From Candidatus Eiseniibacteriota bacterium (GTDB taxonomy: Bacteria; Eisenbacteria; RBG-16-71-46; SZUA-252): a DNA stretch of 64,000 nt. Below are positions 48,363 through 57,634 of the stretch, piece by piece. The position numbers were made by a program, and so were the translations under genes. Positions within the stretch are counted from its first letter, which is position 1. The number at the start of each line of letters is the position of its first letter. The stretch lies in contig JANMQV010000152.1 of the NCBI GenBank assembly GCA_031370645.1, positions 32,001 through 96,000 of the forward strand, given 5' to 3'. Under the pieces are notes generated by a model. The model was not told the DNA's origin. It worked only from the letters and a program-made list of their open reading frames with translations, and searched no databases.

Positions 48363-49509
48363 ACCGACCGGTCCCTGGCGCGTTCTCATCGCGGGCGGCG
48401 GCACCGGCGGGCACGTTTATCCCGGGCTCGCCATCGCCGAGGAGTGGGCCCGGCGGCATCCGGATACGGAGGTCGTCTTCGTCGGCACGGAACGGGGGCT
48501 CGAGGCGACGGCGATTCCGCGCGCCGGTTACCGGCTTCGGACGATCGCGGCGCGCGGATTTCCGCGGCGGCCGGGATTCGGACTTCTGAAGGCGATCGCG
48601 GCGCTGGTGGCGAGCCTCGGACAGACGTGGCGCATTCTCGGAGAGGAGGCGCCGCGTGTCGTGGTGGTCACCGGCGGCTACGTGAGCGGTCCCGTCGGAC
48701 TTCTCGCGAAGCTGCGCGGCATTCCGGTGGTGGTTCAGGAGCAGAACTCGGTGCCGGGCGCGACGAACCGCTGGCTCAGCCTCGTCGCGACGGAGGTTCA
48801 CATCAGTTTTCTCGAGTCGCGGCACTACTTCCGGAGGCGCGATCACTTGAAGGTCACCGGAAACCCGATTCGCCGGTCGCTGCTTCGGCAGGATCGCGCC
48901 ACGGCGTACGAGGCGCTCCGGCTCGATCCGGCGAAGCGGACGCTGCTCGTCTTCGGCGGTAGCCGTGGCGCGGCCAGCATCAACAAGGCGATGGCCACGG
49001 CGCTCCAGCGGCTCACGCGCGTGCCGCGGCTCCAGGTGCTCTGGCAGACCGGAAGCGACGACGCGGAGTGGGCGACGCGCGAGACGGCGCGGCTTTCGAT
49101 TCCCGTCCGCGTCATGCCGTACGTCGAACGAATGGAAATGGCGTACGCCGTGGCGGACCTGGCGGTCTGCCGCGCCGGGGCGATGACCATCGCCGAGTTG
49201 ACGGCGTGCGGCGTTCCCTCGGTCCTGGTCCCGTATCCGCACGCGACGCACGACCACCAGACCGAAAACGCGAAAGGGCTCGTCGATCGCGGCGCGGCCG
49301 AGATGGTCGCCGACGCCGAACTGCAGGGCGATGACTTGGCCCGGCGGATCGAGGCGCTCCTTCGCGACGAGCCGCGCCTCCGGCGCATGGGCCGGAACGC
49401 GCGCGCCTTCTCGCGCACCAACGCGGCGGAGCGGATCGCCGATTCGATGGAACGACTCTCCGCGGTCTCGCGCGCTCCGAGCGCCGACGAACTCGCGGAA
49501 GGGGAGTAG
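48355..49509 (+). CDS. murG: Lipid II GlcNAc transferase
   Basis: GGGTGGHVYP, GGYVS, EQNSVPG, GNPIR, GGSRGA, RAGAMT, HQTENA. Confidence 0.97.
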   Translation: MAEPTGPWRVLIAGGGTGGHVYPGLAIAEEWARRHPDTEVVFVGTERGLEATAIPRAGYRLRTIAARGFPRRPGFGLLKAIAALVASLGQTWRILGEEAPRVVVVTGGYVSGPVGLLAKLRGIPVVVQEQNSVPGATNRWLSLVATEVHISFLESRHYFRRRDHLKVTGNPIRRSLLRQDRATAYEALRLDPAKRTLLVFGGSRGAASINKAMATALQRLTRVPRLQVLWQTGSDDAEWATRETARLSIPVRVMPYVERMEMAYAVADLAVCRAGAMTIAELTACGVPSVLVPYPHATHDHQTENAKGLVDRGAAEMVADAELQGDDLARRIEALLRDEPRLRRMGRNARAFSRTNAAERIADSMERLSAVSRAPSADELAEGE

Positions 49510-49512
49510 CGG

Positions 49513-50886
49513 GTGTACGGGCGCATTCGGCGGATTCATCTGGTCGGCATCGGCGGCAGCGGCATGAGCGGCATCGCGGAGGTCCTGCTGAATCTCGGCT
49601 ACGAAGTCTCGGGCTCGGACATGAAGGAGTCGGAGGTGGTTGCCCGCCTCCGGAGCCTCGGCGCGACCATCACCGCCAAGCACGACGCGGCGAACGTGGA
49701 ACGGGCGGAAGTCGTCGTCGCCTCCACCGCGATCCCCGAGTCGAATCCGGAATTACTTCGCGCGCACGAGCGGGGCATTCCGGTCATTCCGCGCGCGGAA
49801 ATGCTCGCGGAACTGATGCGGATCAAGTACTCGGTGGCGGTGGCGGGCGCGCATGGGAAGACGACGACGACCTCGATGGTGGGAGAGATCCTCGCGCACG
49901 GCGGTCTCGATCCGACGGTGATCGTCGGAGGGCGCCTGAAGGCGCTCGGCGCGCACGCGCGCCTGGGGCAGGGGCCGTTCCTCGTCGCCGAGGCGGACGA
50001 GAGCGACGGTTCGTTCCTCTTCCTTTCGCCCACCATCGCGGTCATCACGAACGTCGACGAGGAGCACCTCGATTACTACGGCTCGATCGAGAAGATCCGG
50101 GAAGCGTTCGCCACCTTCGTGAACCGTGTTCCGTTCTACGGCACGATCGTTCTGCCGGCCGACGAACCGAACGCGGCGTTGCTCCGCGCGAAGGCGAAGC
50201 GCCGGACCATCACGTACGCGCTCGGCGCCGACGCCGACGTGGAGGGGCGCGACCTCGTCGTCGGCCCCGCGGGGGTTCGGTTCGCCCTCCGCGTGCGGGG
50301 CCAGGACGAGGGAACGATCGAACTGAAGGTGACCGGCGCGCACAACGCGCGAAACGCCCTGGCGGCGATCGCGGCGGGGTGGGAACTCGGCGTTCCGATC
50401 GCCGCCATCCGCGACGCGCTCCGCGAGTTCGCGGGCGTTGGGCGGCGGCTCGAGACGCGCGGGACGGTGCAGGGCGCGCTCTGGATCGACGACTACGCGC
50501 ATCACCCGACCGAGATCGCCGCGGCGGTGGCGGCGCTTCGCGCGACGCACGGCCGGCGCATCGTCGCCGTCTTTCAGCCGCACCGCTACACGCGAACCAT
50601 GGCGCTCCTCGATCGCTTCGCCGACTGCTTCGCCGGCGTGGCGGAATTGGTGCTCCTTCCGATCTATTCGGCCGGCGAGAAGCCGATTCCCGGCGTGACG
50701 GCCGACGTCCTGGCCGAACGAGTGACGAAGCGAGGCGGCACGCACGTCCAACGCGTGGCGGATCACGCGGCGGCGGTGACGGCGGTACACGGGCTCCTCA
50801 CGGATAAAGACCTCTTCCTGACCATCGGCGCGGGCGACGTCTACCGCGTCGGCGAGTTGGCGCGAACGAAGGAGCATGCGGCATGA
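49513..50886 (+). CDS. murC: UDP-MurNAc:L-Ala ligase
   Basis: GIGGSGMSGIAE, GAHGKTTTTSM, EADESDGSF, DDYAHHPTE, FQPHRYTRT. Confidence 0.98.
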   Translation: MYGRIRRIHLVGIGGSGMSGIAEVLLNLGYEVSGSDMKESEVVARLRSLGATITAKHDAANVERAEVVVASTAIPESNPELLRAHERGIPVIPRAEMLAELMRIKYSVAVAGAHGKTTTTSMVGEILAHGGLDPTVIVGGRLKALGAHARLGQGPFLVAEADESDGSFLFLSPTIAVITNVDEEHLDYYGSIEKIREAFATFVNRVPFYGTIVLPADEPNAALLRAKAKRRTITYALGADADVEGRDLVVGPAGVRFALRVRGQDEGTIELKVTGAHNARNALAAIAAGWELGVPIAAIRDALREFAGVGRRLETRGTVQGALWIDDYAHHPTEIAAAVAALRATHGRRIVAVFQPHRYTRTMALLDRFADCFAGVAELVLLPIYSAGEKPIPGVTADVLAERVTKRGGTHVQRVADHAAAVTAVHGLLTDKDLFLTIGAGDVYRVGELARTKEHAA

Positions 50887-51725
50887 GAGCGGGCTATCGA
50901 GGCGTTCCGACCTGGAAGAAACCGGCGCGGCGCCGGATGGCGCGGCGCGTCCTCCTCGCCGGCGCGGTGTTCGGCCTCGTGGCGCTGATCGCGCCGGCCA
51001 CCGCGATTCCCGCCGCGCACCTCCTGGGTCGCGTTCCTCCGTTTCGCGTCAATCAAATCGAGGTGAGCGGGCTCCTCTATCTCTCCTACGAAGAGGTGCG
51101 CGCCATCCTCCCGGTCCGCGAGGGGGACAACCTCCTTCTCCTCCGCCCGGCCGACGTGGTGGAGTCGCTCCGCCAAAACGCGCGGATCGAAGCGGCCGAG
51201 GTGACGCGCCGCATGGGAGGACTCGCGGTTCGACTTCGAGAGCGGCGTCCGTTCGCGCTCGTCAGCGCCGGCTCGCTCGTGGAAGTGGATGAACGCGGCA
51301 TCGTGCTCGATCCGTTGGAGCGCGGGCTCCTGGCCGACCGCCCCGTCATCACGGGGCTGAAAGTCGGCTCGGTGAAGAGCGGCGCGCCGATCAAGAATCC
51401 GGCGCTCGGCGACCTGTTGCGACTCCTTGGCTACTTGGAGTCGCCGCAGGTCGGGCTGATCGCCGACATCTCCGATATCGTTTCCGAATCGCGCTCCCGC
51501 GCGGTGCTACACACCGCGAGGGAGCAGATGCCGATCATCGTCGACCCCGAGCAGGCCTCGCTCGCCTCGATGCGCGCGCTTGCCGTGACGCTGCGCGATG
51601 TGCGCGCGCGCGGGCGAATCGTGGAGCTCGTGGACGCGCGTTATCGCGGCCAAGTGGTGGTCCGCTGCGCGCCGGGGCAGGCGGCGGCGCCGGCACCCAT
51701 CGGGCCCGTGCGGGACAAGATCTAG
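50883..51725 (+). CDS. ftsQ: Cell division protein FtsQ/DivIB
   Basis: One TM helix, POTRA domain (FRVNQIEVSG...NLLLL), ERRPFA, C-terminal VDARYRGQVVV; lies before ftsA. Confidence 0.88.
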   Translation: MRAGYRGVPTWKKPARRRMARRVLLAGAVFGLVALIAPATAIPAAHLLGRVPPFRVNQIEVSGLLYLSYEEVRAILPVREGDNLLLLRPADVVESLRQNARIEAAEVTRRMGGLAVRLRERRPFALVSAGSLVEVDERGIVLDPLERGLLADRPVITGLKVGSVKSGAPIKNPALGDLLRLLGYLESPQVGLIADISDIVSESRSRAVLHTAREQMPIIVDPEQASLASMRALAVTLRDVRARGRIVELVDARYRGQVVVRCAPGQAAAPAPIGPVRDKI

Positions 51726-51745
51726 CACCTAGAGGGAGGAACGGA

Positions 51746-52975
51746 ATGGCGGAAGGGAAGACCTATACCGGGCTCGACATCGGGACCACGAAGATCACCG
51801 CCATCGTCGCGGAAGCGGACGAAAGCGGCGAAGGGCTTCGAATCCTCGGCGTCGGCACGGCGCCGTCGGACGGGCTGAAGCGCGGCGTCGTCGTGAGCCT
51901 GGAGAAGACGGTCCGCTCCATCCAGCACGCTGTGGGCGAGGCGGAGCGGGTGTCGGGACGGCGGATCCAGAGCGTCTACGCGGGAATCGCGGGTGATCAC
52001 ATTCGCGGGCTCACGAGCCGCGGCGTCATCGCCGTGTCGCGGAAGGACACCGAGATCCGCGCGCAGGACGTGGAGCGCGTCGTGGAAGCCGCGAAGGCGG
52101 TCGCCATTCCGGCCGACCGCGAGATCCTCCACGTGTTGCCGCAGGGATTCGTGGTGGACGACCAGGACGGTATTCGCGATCCGGTCGGAATGACCGGCGT
52201 TCGTCTCGAAGCGGAGGTCCACATCATCACGGGCGGAACAAGCGCCTGCCGGAACATCGTCCGCGCGGCGGAGAAGGCGGGACTTCGGGTGGAGGAACTC
52301 GTGCTCGAGCCTCTCGCCTCGGCGAACGCGGTGCTCGGAAACGACGAGCGCGACATGGGCGTGGCGCTCCTCGACATCGGAGGGGGGACGACCGACGTGG
52401 CGGTCTTCTGCGAGGGAACGATCCGGCACACGGCCGTGATCGGACTCGGCGGATCGAACGTGACGAACGATCTCGCCATCGGGCTTCGCACCCCGGTCGA
52501 CCGCGCGGAGGCGTTGAAGCTCCAGTGCGGCTGCGCGCTCACCTCGATGGTGCGCCCGGAAGAGATGGCGCGCGTGCCGAGCGTGGGCGGACGCCCCGAT
52601 CGCGACATCTCGCGTCACATGCTGGCCATGATGATCGAGCCGCGCGCGGAGGAAATCTTCGCGCTCGCACAGAAGGAAGTGAGAAAGAGCCACGCCGCGG
52701 AACTCCTCGCGGCGGGTGTGGTCATCACGGGCGGCGCCTCGCTTCTACCGGGCATGGTGGAACTGGCCGAGCAGGTCTTCGGACTGCCGGTTCGACGCGG
52801 CGAACCGCAGGGCGTGAGCGGCCTCATCGAATCGGTTTCAGGTCCCCGCTATTCCACGGGCGTCGGCCTCGCGCTCCACGCGTTTCAGTGCGACGCGCCG
52901 GGCCGTCCGTCGGGTGCGGGCCTATTTTATAAATTCTTCACCGGCGCGCGCCGGTGGATCGAGGAGCTGGTCTAA
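51746..52975 (+). CDS. ftsA: Cell division protein FtsA
   Basis: [38 protein letters not shown]; amphipathic C-terminal helix. Confidence 0.98.
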   Translation: MAEGKTYTGLDIGTTKITAIVAEADESGEGLRILGVGTAPSDGLKRGVVVSLEKTVRSIQHAVGEAERVSGRRIQSVYAGIAGDHIRGLTSRGVIAVSRKDTEIRAQDVERVVEAAKAVAIPADREILHVLPQGFVVDDQDGIRDPVGMTGVRLEAEVHIITGGTSACRNIVRAAEKAGLRVEELVLEPLASANAVLGNDERDMGVALLDIGGGTTDVAVFCEGTIRHTAVIGLGGSNVTNDLAIGLRTPVDRAEALKLQCGCALTSMVRPEEMARVPSVGGRPDRDISRHMLAMMIEPRAEEIFALAQKEVRKSHAAELLAAGVVITGGASLLPGMVELAEQVFGLPVRRGEPQGVSGLIESVSGPRYSTGVGLALHAFQCDAPGRPSGAGLFYKFFTGARRWIEELV

Positions 52976-53004
52976 GACCGGCGCAACCAGGGAGGAGCGT
53001 GGAG

Positions 53005-54330
53005 ATGTTCGAGTTGGTGGATGATGGACAGGAGCAGACCGGAGCCTCGATCAAGGTTATCGGCGTCGGCGGCGCCGGCGGAAACGCGGTCAATCGGATG
53101 ATCGATTCGGGACTGACGGGCGTGGAATTCTTGGCGGCGAATACCGACTCGCAGGTTCTCACGCAGTCGCGATGCCCGCGGAGGCTGCAACTCGGGACGA
53201 CGATCACGCGCGGCCTCGGCTCCGGCGCGAAGCCGGAAGTGGGCCGTCAGGCGGCGGAGGCCGATGAGGCGATGATCGCCGAGTCGCTCGAGGGCGCCGA
53301 CATGGTCTTCGTGACGGCCGGCATGGGTGGCGGCACCGGCACGGGCGCCGCACCGGTTGTGGCGCGCATCGCCCGCTCGCAGGGAGCGCTGACGGTGGCC
53401 GTCGTCACGCGTCCGTTCGAATTCGAGGGACGCCGACGCATGCAGGCGGCGGAGGACGGACTTCAAGAACTCCGGAGTCACGTGGATACGCTCATCGTGA
53501 TCCCGAACCAGCGGTTGCTCACGATCGTCGACAAGAACACGCCGCTCCGCGAGGCGTTCCGCACCGCGGACCAGGTGCTCCATCACGCGACGAAGGGGAT
53601 CTCGGACCTCATCACGGTTCCGGGTCTCGTGAATCTCGACTTCGCCGACGTGAAGACGGTCATGGCCGAACGCGGGAACGCGCTCATGGGCGCGGGAGTC
53701 GCTACCGGCCCGAATCGCGCGTACGAAGCGGCGCAGTCGGCCGTCTCGAGCCCGCTCCTCGACGACATCTCCATCGCCGGCGCCGAGGCGCTGCTCGTGA
53801 ACGTGACGGGCGGAGAGTCGATGAGCCTCCACGAAATCAACGAGGCCGTCTCGGTCGTGGTGGACGCCGCGGGACGCGACGCCAACGTGATCTTCGGCGC
53901 GGTCATCGACGATAGCATGGGCGACGCGATCTCCATCACGGTCATCGCCACCGGCTTCGGGCGCACGGAAGACCGGCGCGTCGCCGACCCGGCGGCGTTC
54001 CAGGGACGTGGGGTCGGGCTCCCCGGTGCCTTCTCCGGGGCCACGGCAGCCGCACACGCGACGTCGCATGCTTCGACGCCGCGCATCATTCCGATGACGC
54101 GGCCGGCGCCCGCGCCGGTCATGGTTCACGCGTCGCTCGACGACGAGGAACTGGCGGGGTTGGACGGTCTCGACGACGAGCCGATCCTTCCCGTCGCGCC
54201 GACCACGAACGGCATGCCGCGTCCGACCTTCAAGATGGCGTCCGGATCGCTTCGGCGCCCCTTCGGCGGCCGCGTGATCTCCAAGGACAACATGGACGTT
54301 CCCGCGTTCATGCGGAAACAGATGGACTGA
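53005..54330 (+). CDS. ftsZ: Cell division protein FtsZ
   Basis: [39 protein letters not shown]-terminal [11 protein letters not shown]. Confidence 0.99.
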   Translation: MFELVDDGQEQTGASIKVIGVGGAGGNAVNRMIDSGLTGVEFLAANTDSQVLTQSRCPRRLQLGTTITRGLGSGAKPEVGRQAAEADEAMIAESLEGADMVFVTAGMGGGTGTGAAPVVARIARSQGALTVAVVTRPFEFEGRRRMQAAEDGLQELRSHVDTLIVIPNQRLLTIVDKNTPLREAFRTADQVLHHATKGISDLITVPGLVNLDFADVKTVMAERGNALMGAGVATGPNRAYEAAQSAVSSPLLDDISIAGAEALLVNVTGGESMSLHEINEAVSVVVDAAGRDANVIFGAVIDDSMGDAISITVIATGFGRTEDRRVADPAAFQGRGVGLPGAFSGATAAAHATSHASTPRIIPMTRPAPAPVMVHASLDDEELAGLDGLDDEPILPVAPTTNGMPRPTFKMASGSLRRPFGGRVISKDNMDVPAFMRKQMD

Positions 54331-54368
54331 GGTTGTTGGTGTACCGGGTGGGGTGGGGTGGTGAAAAC

Positions 54369-54408
54369 GACGGCGCGTCCGGGGCCTAGACGGCCCGGGC
54401 GCGCCGTC
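54369..54408 (-). terminator. GC-rich hairpin terminator of rpmB, overlapping its last codons
   Basis: Inverted repeat GACGGCGCG...CGCGCCGTC followed on the minus strand by GTTTT. Confidence 0.6.
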
Positions 54409-54610
54409 TCTCGCTCTGGGGCATCGCCTTCTGAACGCGACCCGTGCGAAGGCACCGGGTGCAGACGCGAAGACGCTTCGGACGCCCTTCGACAACGGCC
54501 TTCACGGACTGGAGATTGACGTTCCAGCGCCGCTTCGTCACGTTGTGGGCATGGCTCACGTTCTGGCCGTGCATCACGCCCTTTTTGCAGATGTCGCAAG
54601 TCTGAGCCAT
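54386..54610 (-). CDS. rpmB: 50S ribosomal protein L28 (Zn-ribbon C+ form)
   Basis: MAQTCDICKKG...GQNVSHAHNVTKRRWNVNLQ...VCTRCLR; GGAGG SD. Confidence 0.97.
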   Translation of the reverse strand: MAQTCDICKKGVMHGQNVSHAHNVTKRRWNVNLQSVKAVVEGRPKRLRVCTRCLRTGRVQKAMPQSERRRARAV

Positions 54611-54641
54611 GAATTCCTCCGATGAATACGTCGAGCCGAAG

Positions 54642-54713
54642 ACACTACCCGATTCCGGGGAGCCGGGCAAGGGGCTTCTCGGCTTTGACTTGAGGCCCCC
54701 GCCTCCCTAGCAT
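54642..54713. promoter_or_regulatory. Divergent sigma70 promoters of rpmB and recG
   Basis: Minus: TTGCCC-17-TAGTGT (54670-54642). Plus: TTGACT (54685)-17-TAGCAT (54708), 6 nt before the recG ATG. Confidence 0.75.
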
Positions 54714-54719
54714 CCCCCG

Positions 54720-56789
54720 ATGCCCGCCCTCCTCGACCCCGTCCGCTTCCTGAAAGGCGTCGGCCCCGAAATGGCCCGGCGGCTGGAGCGGCTCGGAATC
54801 GCCACCGTCCGCGATCTCCTCTATCACCTTCCCTCCGGATACCGCGATCGGCGCCTCGTGACCCCCATCGCGCGCGTCCAACCGGGGGTGGAGGCGACGG
54901 TAAAGGCCGTGGTTTCGAGTCTGGAACCGCGCCGCCGCCAAGGAGGTCGCTCCGACTTCGTCGCGTCACTCCGCGACGAGACCGGATTCCTGCGCGCCGT
55001 TTGGTTCAACCAGTCGTACGTCGCCGACAGACTCCACGTGGGGGAGCGCTACCTCTTTTCGGGGACGGTGCAGGTCTTTCGCGGGCCCGAACTCCACAAC
55101 CCCGAGTTCGAGCCGGCCGAAGGAGGCGATAAGGTCCACGTCGCGCGCCTGGTACCGCGCTATCCGCTCACCGAGGGGGTCGGCGAGCGATGGATTCGAA
55201 CACGGATTCGGGACGCGCTCGACACCCTTCCCGAAGTCCCCGACGTCGTGCCCGAACGCTGGAGGCGAGACCTCGGCCTGCCCTCGCTCGACCGTGCCAT
55301 TCGCGGGATTCACTTCCCGGAAACGCCGGAAGAGCTGGAGCCCGCCCGCCGCCGCCTCGCGCTCGAGGAACTGCTGTGGCTTCAAGTCGCGCTTCAGTAC
55401 GCGCGCCGTCGACATCGCGATCGGGTTCTGGCGCCTTCGCTCGCCGCGGGCGCCGAAGCGATGCGCGCGTTCGTCCGGTCGCTCCCCTTTCGGCTGACGG
55501 GCGCGCAGATCCGCTCCCTCACGGCGATCGCGGGGGACCTCGACGAGACGAAGCCGATGCGACGGCTTCTCCTCGGCGACGTCGGCTCGGGGAAGACCGT
55601 CGTCGCGCTCGCGGCCGCGGTACGCGCCGCCGCCGCGGGTCGTCAAACGGCGTTTCTCGCGCCGACATCCATCCTGGCGGAGCAGCACGCCGTGACCGCG
55701 TCGCGATTCCTCGACTCGGCCGGCGTGACCTTCGCGCTCCTCACCTCGGCCACGCCGGACAAAGAGCGAGCGCGCCTCCTCGCCGCCGTCGCGTCGGGAG
55801 AGACGTCGCTCCTCCTCGGCACTCACGCTCTCCTCGAACGCGATCTCGAGTTTCACGCGCTCGGGGTCGTGATCGTGGATGAGCAGCACCGCTTCGGCGT
55901 TCGCCAGCGCGTGGCGCTCGCGCAGCGCGGCGCCGAAGGGTTGGGGCCGCACCTTCTCGTTCTCACCGCGACGCCGATTCCCCGAAGCCTCGCCATGACG
56001 CTCTACGGCGACCTCGATCTCTCGCCCCTCGACGAGAAACCGCCCGGGCGAACCCCCGTCGCCACGTCGATCGCGAGCGGTGTCGCGCGCGACGTCCTGC
56101 CGCGCCTGCTCCGAGAAGAACTCGATGCCGGCGGGAGCGCGTTCGTCGTCTATCCGGTGGTCGAGGAGAGCGAGAAGTCGGATCTCAAGGCGGCCACCGA
56201 GATGGCGGCGTCGCTCGCGGCGCGCGCCGAGCTTGTCGACGCGGGCGTGACTCTCGTGCACGGGCGGCTGAAGCCCGAGGAGCGGCGTGCCGCGATCGCG
56301 CGCTTTCGTTCGGGGGAGTCGCGCGTGCTCGTCGCGACCACCGTCGTCGAAGTGGGACTCGATATTCCCGACGCCACGCTCGTCGTCATCGAGCATCCGG
56401 AACGATTCGGGCTCGCGCAGCTTCATCAACTCCGCGGCCGCGTCGGACGGGGCGACCGCCCGGGACGTTGTATCCTTCTCCTGAGCGGCGGTCTGGGGGA
56501 GTCGGCTCGGCAGCGCCTCGACGTCTTTCGCCGGATCACCGACGGATTCAAACTCGCCGAGGAAGACCTCCGGCTCCGGGGCCCCGGCGAGATCCTCGGT
56601 ACCTCCCAGCACGGTTTCCCCGAGCTGCGAGCCGCCAACCCTCTGCAAGATAGCGATTTAGTGGAGGCAGCCCGAACGATCGGCGCGGAACTCCTGGCGG
56701 AGCGGGCCGAAACGGAGGGGAGCGATGGGCTTCGGGCCTGGATCGAAGCCCACTTCGCGGGGGCTGAACGCTACCTCGGAAGTGGATAA
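54720..56789 (+). CDS. recG: ATP-dependent DNA helicase RecG
   Basis: LKGVGP, wedge domain (WFNQ), GDVGSGKT, DEQHRFGVRQR, TATPIPR, QLHQLRGRVGRG, DLRLRGPGE. Confidence 0.98.
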   Translation: MPALLDPVRFLKGVGPEMARRLERLGIATVRDLLYHLPSGYRDRRLVTPIARVQPGVEATVKAVVSSLEPRRRQGGRSDFVASLRDETGFLRAVWFNQSYVADRLHVGERYLFSGTVQVFRGPELHNPEFEPAEGGDKVHVARLVPRYPLTEGVGERWIRTRIRDALDTLPEVPDVVPERWRRDLGLPSLDRAIRGIHFPETPEELEPARRRLALEELLWLQVALQYARRRHRDRVLAPSLAAGAEAMRAFVRSLPFRLTGAQIRSLTAIAGDLDETKPMRRLLLGDVGSGKTVVALAAAVRAAAAGRQTAFLAPTSILAEQHAVTASRFLDSAGVTFALLTSATPDKERARLLAAVASGETSLLLGTHALLERDLEFHALGVVIVDEQHRFGVRQRVALAQRGAEGLGPHLLVLTATPIPRSLAMTLYGDLDLSPLDEKPPGRTPVATSIASGVARDVLPRLLREELDAGGSAFVVYPVVEESEKSDLKAATEMAASLAARAELVDAGVTLVHGRLKPEERRAAIARFRSGESRVLVATTVVEVGLDIPDATLVVIEHPERFGLAQLHQLRGRVGRGDRPGRCILLLSGGLGESARQRLDVFRRITDGFKLAEEDLRLRGPGEILGTSQHGFPELRAANPLQDSDLVEAARTIGAELLAERAETEGSDGLRAWIEAHFAGAERYLGSG

Positions 56790-56825
56790 CAGGGCGGAGT
56801 CCAGAAGCGCTCCGCGGCCGAAAGA

Positions 56826-56852
56826 TAAAGAAGGGTGTGAAGTTGCCGATGC
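56826..56852 (+). promoter_or_regulatory. Putative sigma28 (FliA/WhiG)-type promoter
   Basis: TAAA-N15-GCCGATGC versus the consensus TAAA-N15-GCCGATAA. Confidence 0.6.
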
Positions 56853-56899
56853 ATGGTCCACACGATGGAATTCCGTTCCGGCACCAGGTGCGAGGACAC

Positions 56900-57634
56900 A
56901 TGAAGCTCGACTGCGCGAGCTGTAGCGCGCGCTATTCGATCGACGAGAGCATCGTTCCGCCGCAAGGGGCGAAGATCAAGTGCCGGAAGTGCGGTGCCGT
57001 GATCTCGATCCCGCCGCGCGTGGAGCCCGCGCCCGTTGTCACGACGCTCGTTCCGCCGTCGCCGCAGCACGCGCCGTCGCCGCAGCACGCGCCGTCGCCG
57101 GTCGCTGCACCGTCGTCCGTCCCTTCAAACAGCGCGACCGCGCCGACTCCCGCGCCGGCCGCTTCAGGATTCAGTTTCTTCTCGAGCAGCGATGCGCCCG
57201 CAGCCCCTCCGCAGGCTTCTGCCGCGCCGCCTGCGCGCGCCGTGGCGCCGTCGCCCGTCGCGCCTTCCCCTCCGCCTCCGCCTCGGCCCGCAGCGCCTCC
57301 CTCGCCTCCCTCGCCCCCGCAGGCCGTTTCCCTCGAGAATGTGCCGCCCGCCGTGGCCGCATCGATTCCCGCAGGGCTCTCGGAGGAGGAGAAGAAGAAG
57401 CACGAGAAGGCGCGCCGCCTCGCTCGCGTGCTCGCCTCCGACATCGCGATCTACAATCGCGAGAAGAAGGAGCGCGGACTGAACGACGGGAACTTGGTCG
57501 CCGTGCTCGGATACGAGATCAAGAAGTCGTGGGAGATCTACAAGGAGCGGGTGGGAACCGATTTTGCGAACGCCACGCCCTACTTCCGCGACGCGCTGAA
57601 CGACCTTCTCGCCGAGGGAAAGAAGATCTTCTAG
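56900..57634 (+). CDS. MJ0042-type zinc-ribbon protein with Pro/Ala linker and a helical C-terminal domain
   Basis: GAGGA SD; MKLDCASCSARYSIDESIVPPQGAKIKCRKC; P/A/S-rich linker; C-terminal ARRLARVLASDIAIYN...EIKKSWEIYKERVG...FRDALNDLLA. Confidence 0.85.
   Translation: MKLDCASCSARYSIDESIVPPQGAKIKCRKCGAVISIPPRVEPAPVVTTLVPPSPQHAPSPQHAPSPVAAPSSVPSNSATAPTPAPAASGFSFFSSSDAPAAPPQASAAPPARAVAPSPVAPSPPPPPRPAAPPSPPSPPQAVSLENVPPAVAASIPAGLSEEEKKKHEKARRLARVLASDIAIYNREKKERGLNDGNLVAVLGYEIKKSWEIYKERVGTDFANATPYFRDALNDLLAEGKKIF
57055..57100 (+). repeat. 18-bp in-frame tandem repeat (about 2.5 copies, PSPQHA)
   Basis: GCCGTCGCCGCAGCACGC twice, plus GCCGTCGCCG. Confidence 0.85.

Noticed and set aside
54346-54363. 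GGGTGGGGTGGGGTGG tract after ftsZ as a G-quadruplex or extra MraZ operator
   Set aside because: The fourth G-run is short, the period is 5 bp rather than the operator's 10 bp, and it lies between convergent genes; insufficient support.
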